In this document: positions 61,828-64,000 of the stretch, piece by piece
How positions within the stretch are numbered: position 1 is the stretch's first letter
Layout of the letters: each line of letters begins with the position of its first letter
Virus record (IMG/VR): IMGVR_UViG_3300020733_000010
Coordinates: 32,001-96,000 of that record
Direction: 5' to 3' (one strand)
Origin: a virus
Length of the DNA: 64,000 nucleotides
Notes under the pieces: model-generated
Seen by the model: only the letters and a program-made list of their open reading frames with translations
Told to the model about the DNA's origin: nothing
The model's database searches: none
Made by a program: the position numbers and the translations under genes

Positions 61828-63893
61828 TCCTACTTAAAAACATAACATTACGAAACTTTCTATCAATTGGCGCAGTAACACAAGCAGTTGACTTTAACAA
61901 ACAAGATTTGACACTTATTCTAGGTGAGAACTTAGACTTAGGTGGCGACGGTGCTCGTAATGGTACAGGTAAGACAACATTGATTCAAGGATTAAGTTAT
62001 GCCCTTTTTGGCGTTCCTATCAATGATATTCGCAAAGATAACTTAGTCAATAGGACCAATGCTAAAAACATGTTGGTTACACTTGAATTCAGTGTCAATG
62101 GCATTGACTACAAGATTGAGCGTGGTCGTAAGCCCAACGTGCTTAAGTTCTATGTCAATAACAATTTGAAAAAGACTGACGATGCACAGGGTGAGAACAA
62201 AGAAACTCAAGCAGAGATTGAACGAATCATTTGTATGAGTAGTGAAATGTTCAAGCACATTGTTGCATTGAATACCTACAGTACTCCATTCTTAGCATTG
62301 AAAAATAATGAACAGCGTGAAATCATTGAGCAATTGCTTGGTATCACATTGCTTAGTGAGAAAGCAGAAGCAGTCAAAGAATTGATGAAGAATGTCAAGG
62401 ATGAGATTCAAATTGAAGAATTCAAAGTTAAAGCAATTGAAGAAGCCAACAAACGTGTTAGAGAACAAATCGAGAGTTTGAAACGTAGGCGTAATCTTTG
62501 GAAAGCAAAGTATGATAGTGACTTGGCTTTCCTTGCCGACACATATGAATCACTAAGCAAGATTGACATTGAAAAAGAATTACTAGCACACAAAGATTTA
62601 GTGATTTGGAATCAGAACAAAGCTGCATATGATTCACGCAATAGGTTACTTGCATTTCAAACTGAGTGGCAAGACCGCCATATCAAAGACATTGAAAGTC
62701 TACAAAAGCAACTAACTAAACTTGAAACAATTGACATTGTTGAGGAAATGAATGCACATCGTCAATTGGCTGACTATGCTATCAAAAGTAAAGAATTTGA
62801 AGACAAGAACAAAGAATTAGCTCGGTTGACGAAAGACGTTGACAAAGAGAATAAACTAATTCAAAAACTAACAGGTGAGATTGCTACATTGCATGACCAC
62901 AAGTGTTATGCATGTGGACAAGAGTTCCATGATGAACAACATCAAAAAGTCTTGAATGACAAAAAACAGATGTTGGAAGATGCACAGTTCCATGCTACTA
63001 CACTATTGAATCAGTATAACGAATTGAACGATAAAGAAATTATCGTAGGTAACAAGCCCAATACATTCTACAAATCAGAAGCAGAAGCAATTCGTCATGG
63101 TAGCGAAGCAAGTAACTTGCAAAACAAGATACTAGAAAAACAAAAAGAAGTTGATCCATATAGTAAACAATTATCAGATCATCCTGAAGTTGTGCTAGGC
63201 ACACAACCTAAAACAATTTATGATACAGAAGAAAAGGCAGTTGAGCACCGTAGCAAACTAGCAAGTGTTGAAAAACAATTAGAAGACAAAGCGGTTGAGA
63301 CTGATCCATACACTGAACAAATCAATGAGATGGAAAGTGATGCACTACAAACAGTTGACTTTAATAAAATCAATGAGTTAACTAAGAAACTAGAACATCA
63401 AAAGTTCTTGCTTGACTTATTGACCAGCAAAGATAGTTTTGTTCGTAAAAAGATTATTGACCAGAACTTGAGTTATCTCAATAGTCGTTTGACACATTAC
63501 CTAGACAAGATGGGCTTGCCACATAGTGTTGTGTTCAAAAACGATTTGCAAGTTGAGATTACTGAACTAGGTCGTGAGTTAGACTTTGACAATTTATCTA
63601 GAGGTGAGCGCAATCGTTTGATTCTAGGTTTGTCATGGGCTTTCCGTGATGTTTGGGAAAGTTTATATGTTCCTATCAATGCACTGTTTATTGACGAGTT
63701 GATTGACAGTGGGTTAGACACAATGGGCGTTGAAAACAGTATTGCTATCTTAAAAGACATGGCTAGAACTAGAAACAAGAGTATCTGGTTAGTCAGTCAC
63801 CGTGAAGAATTAGCAGGACGAGTGCCCAATGTGTTAAAAGTTATCAAAGAAAACGGGTTTACAAACTACGCAAGCGCGGTTGAAATAGAATAA
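61824..63893 (+). CDS. gp46: recombination ATPase subunit (gp46/Rad50/SbcC-like)
   Basis: Walker A GARNGTGKTT; Zn hook CYAC; signature LSRGE; Walker B LFIDE; H-loop LVSH. Confidence 0.95.
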   Translation: MILLKNITLRNFLSIGAVTQAVDFNKQDLTLILGENLDLGGDGARNGTGKTTLIQGLSYALFGVPINDIRKDNLVNRTNAKNMLVTLEFSVNGIDYKIERGRKPNVLKFYVNNNLKKTDDAQGENKETQAEIERIICMSSEMFKHIVALNTYSTPFLALKNNEQREIIEQLLGITLLSEKAEAVKELMKNVKDEIQIEEFKVKAIEEANKRVREQIESLKRRRNLWKAKYDSDLAFLADTYESLSKIDIEKELLAHKDLVIWNQNKAAYDSRNRLLAFQTEWQDRHIKDIESLQKQLTKLETIDIVEEMNAHRQLADYAIKSKEFEDKNKELARLTKDVDKENKLIQKLTGEIATLHDHKCYACGQEFHDEQHQKVLNDKKQMLEDAQFHATTLLNQYNELNDKEIIVGNKPNTFYKSEAEAIRHGSEASNLQNKILEKQKEVDPYSKQLSDHPEVVLGTQPKTIYDTEEKAVEHRSKLASVEKQLEDKAVETDPYTEQINEMESDALQTVDFNKINELTKKLEHQKFLLDLLTSKDSFVRKKIIDQNLSYLNSRLTHYLDKMGLPHSVVFKNDLQVEITELGRELDFDNLSRGERNRLILGLSWAFRDVWESLYVPINALFIDELIDSGLDTMGVENSIAILKDMARTRNKSIWLVSHREELAGRVPNVLKVIKENGFTNYASAVEIE

Positions 63894-63928
63894 TATTTTG
63901 AGGGGGTATTTCTAGCATAAGTATCTAT

Positions 63929-64000
63929 ATGCCAAGTCCACAGAAAAACAAAGGTTCAGGTTACGAACGTGACGTAGCCAAGTTTCTATCAGAATTATAT
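63929..64000 (+). CDS. 5' end of a probable Holliday-junction resolvase (truncated by the window)
   Basis: MPSPQKNKGSGYERDVAKFLSELY matches the K.KG...ER start of Hjc-type PD-(D/E)xK resolvases; TAAGTA upstream. Confidence 0.55.
   Translation, partial: MPSPQKNKGSGYERDVAKFLSELY

Noticed and set aside
59868-63893. Inteins or introns in gp55, gp47, gp46
   Set aside because: Motifs are contiguous; the extra gp46 length is explained by coiled-coil duplications.
1-64000. Genome-wide TAG-to-Gln recoding (code 15)
   Set aside because: Multi-kb ORFs are intact under code 11, and I found only one in-frame TAG.

Overview
This 64-kb AT-rich window comes from a large T4-like (myovirus) phage, probably from freshwater and probably infecting a Betaproteobacterium (the host is inferred from the porin type). 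The right half (about 28.8-64 kb) is the core. It holds tail-fibre and baseplate genes (a 5412-aa wedge/fibre protein and gp6-, gp25-, gp5-, gp27-, gp53- and gp48/54-like genes), the gp55-like late sigma factor, gp47/gp46 and the start of a resolvase-like gene. The left half is accessory. It contains: (1) a GIY-YIG homing endonuclease cassette that split a Toprim gene and carries a replacement promoter and 5' end; (2) tail-tip paralogs and a double 2OG-Fe(II) oxygenase; (3) a plcP-rimK-agt-like operon with a Pho box, resembling bacterial phosphate-starvation lipid remodelling; (4) an amber-suppressor tRNA(CUA) nested in an ORF, about 560 bp upstream of a gene with an in-frame TAG at codon 5; (5) ahpC-ahpD behind a catalytically degenerate HNH gene; (6) a porin; (7) a circularly permuted, two-piece tmRNA; (8) a secreted trio with Cys-rich repeats; (9) a cluster of radical-SAM and glycosyltransferase genes. 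All family assignments come from motif recognition by eye. No database search was run.
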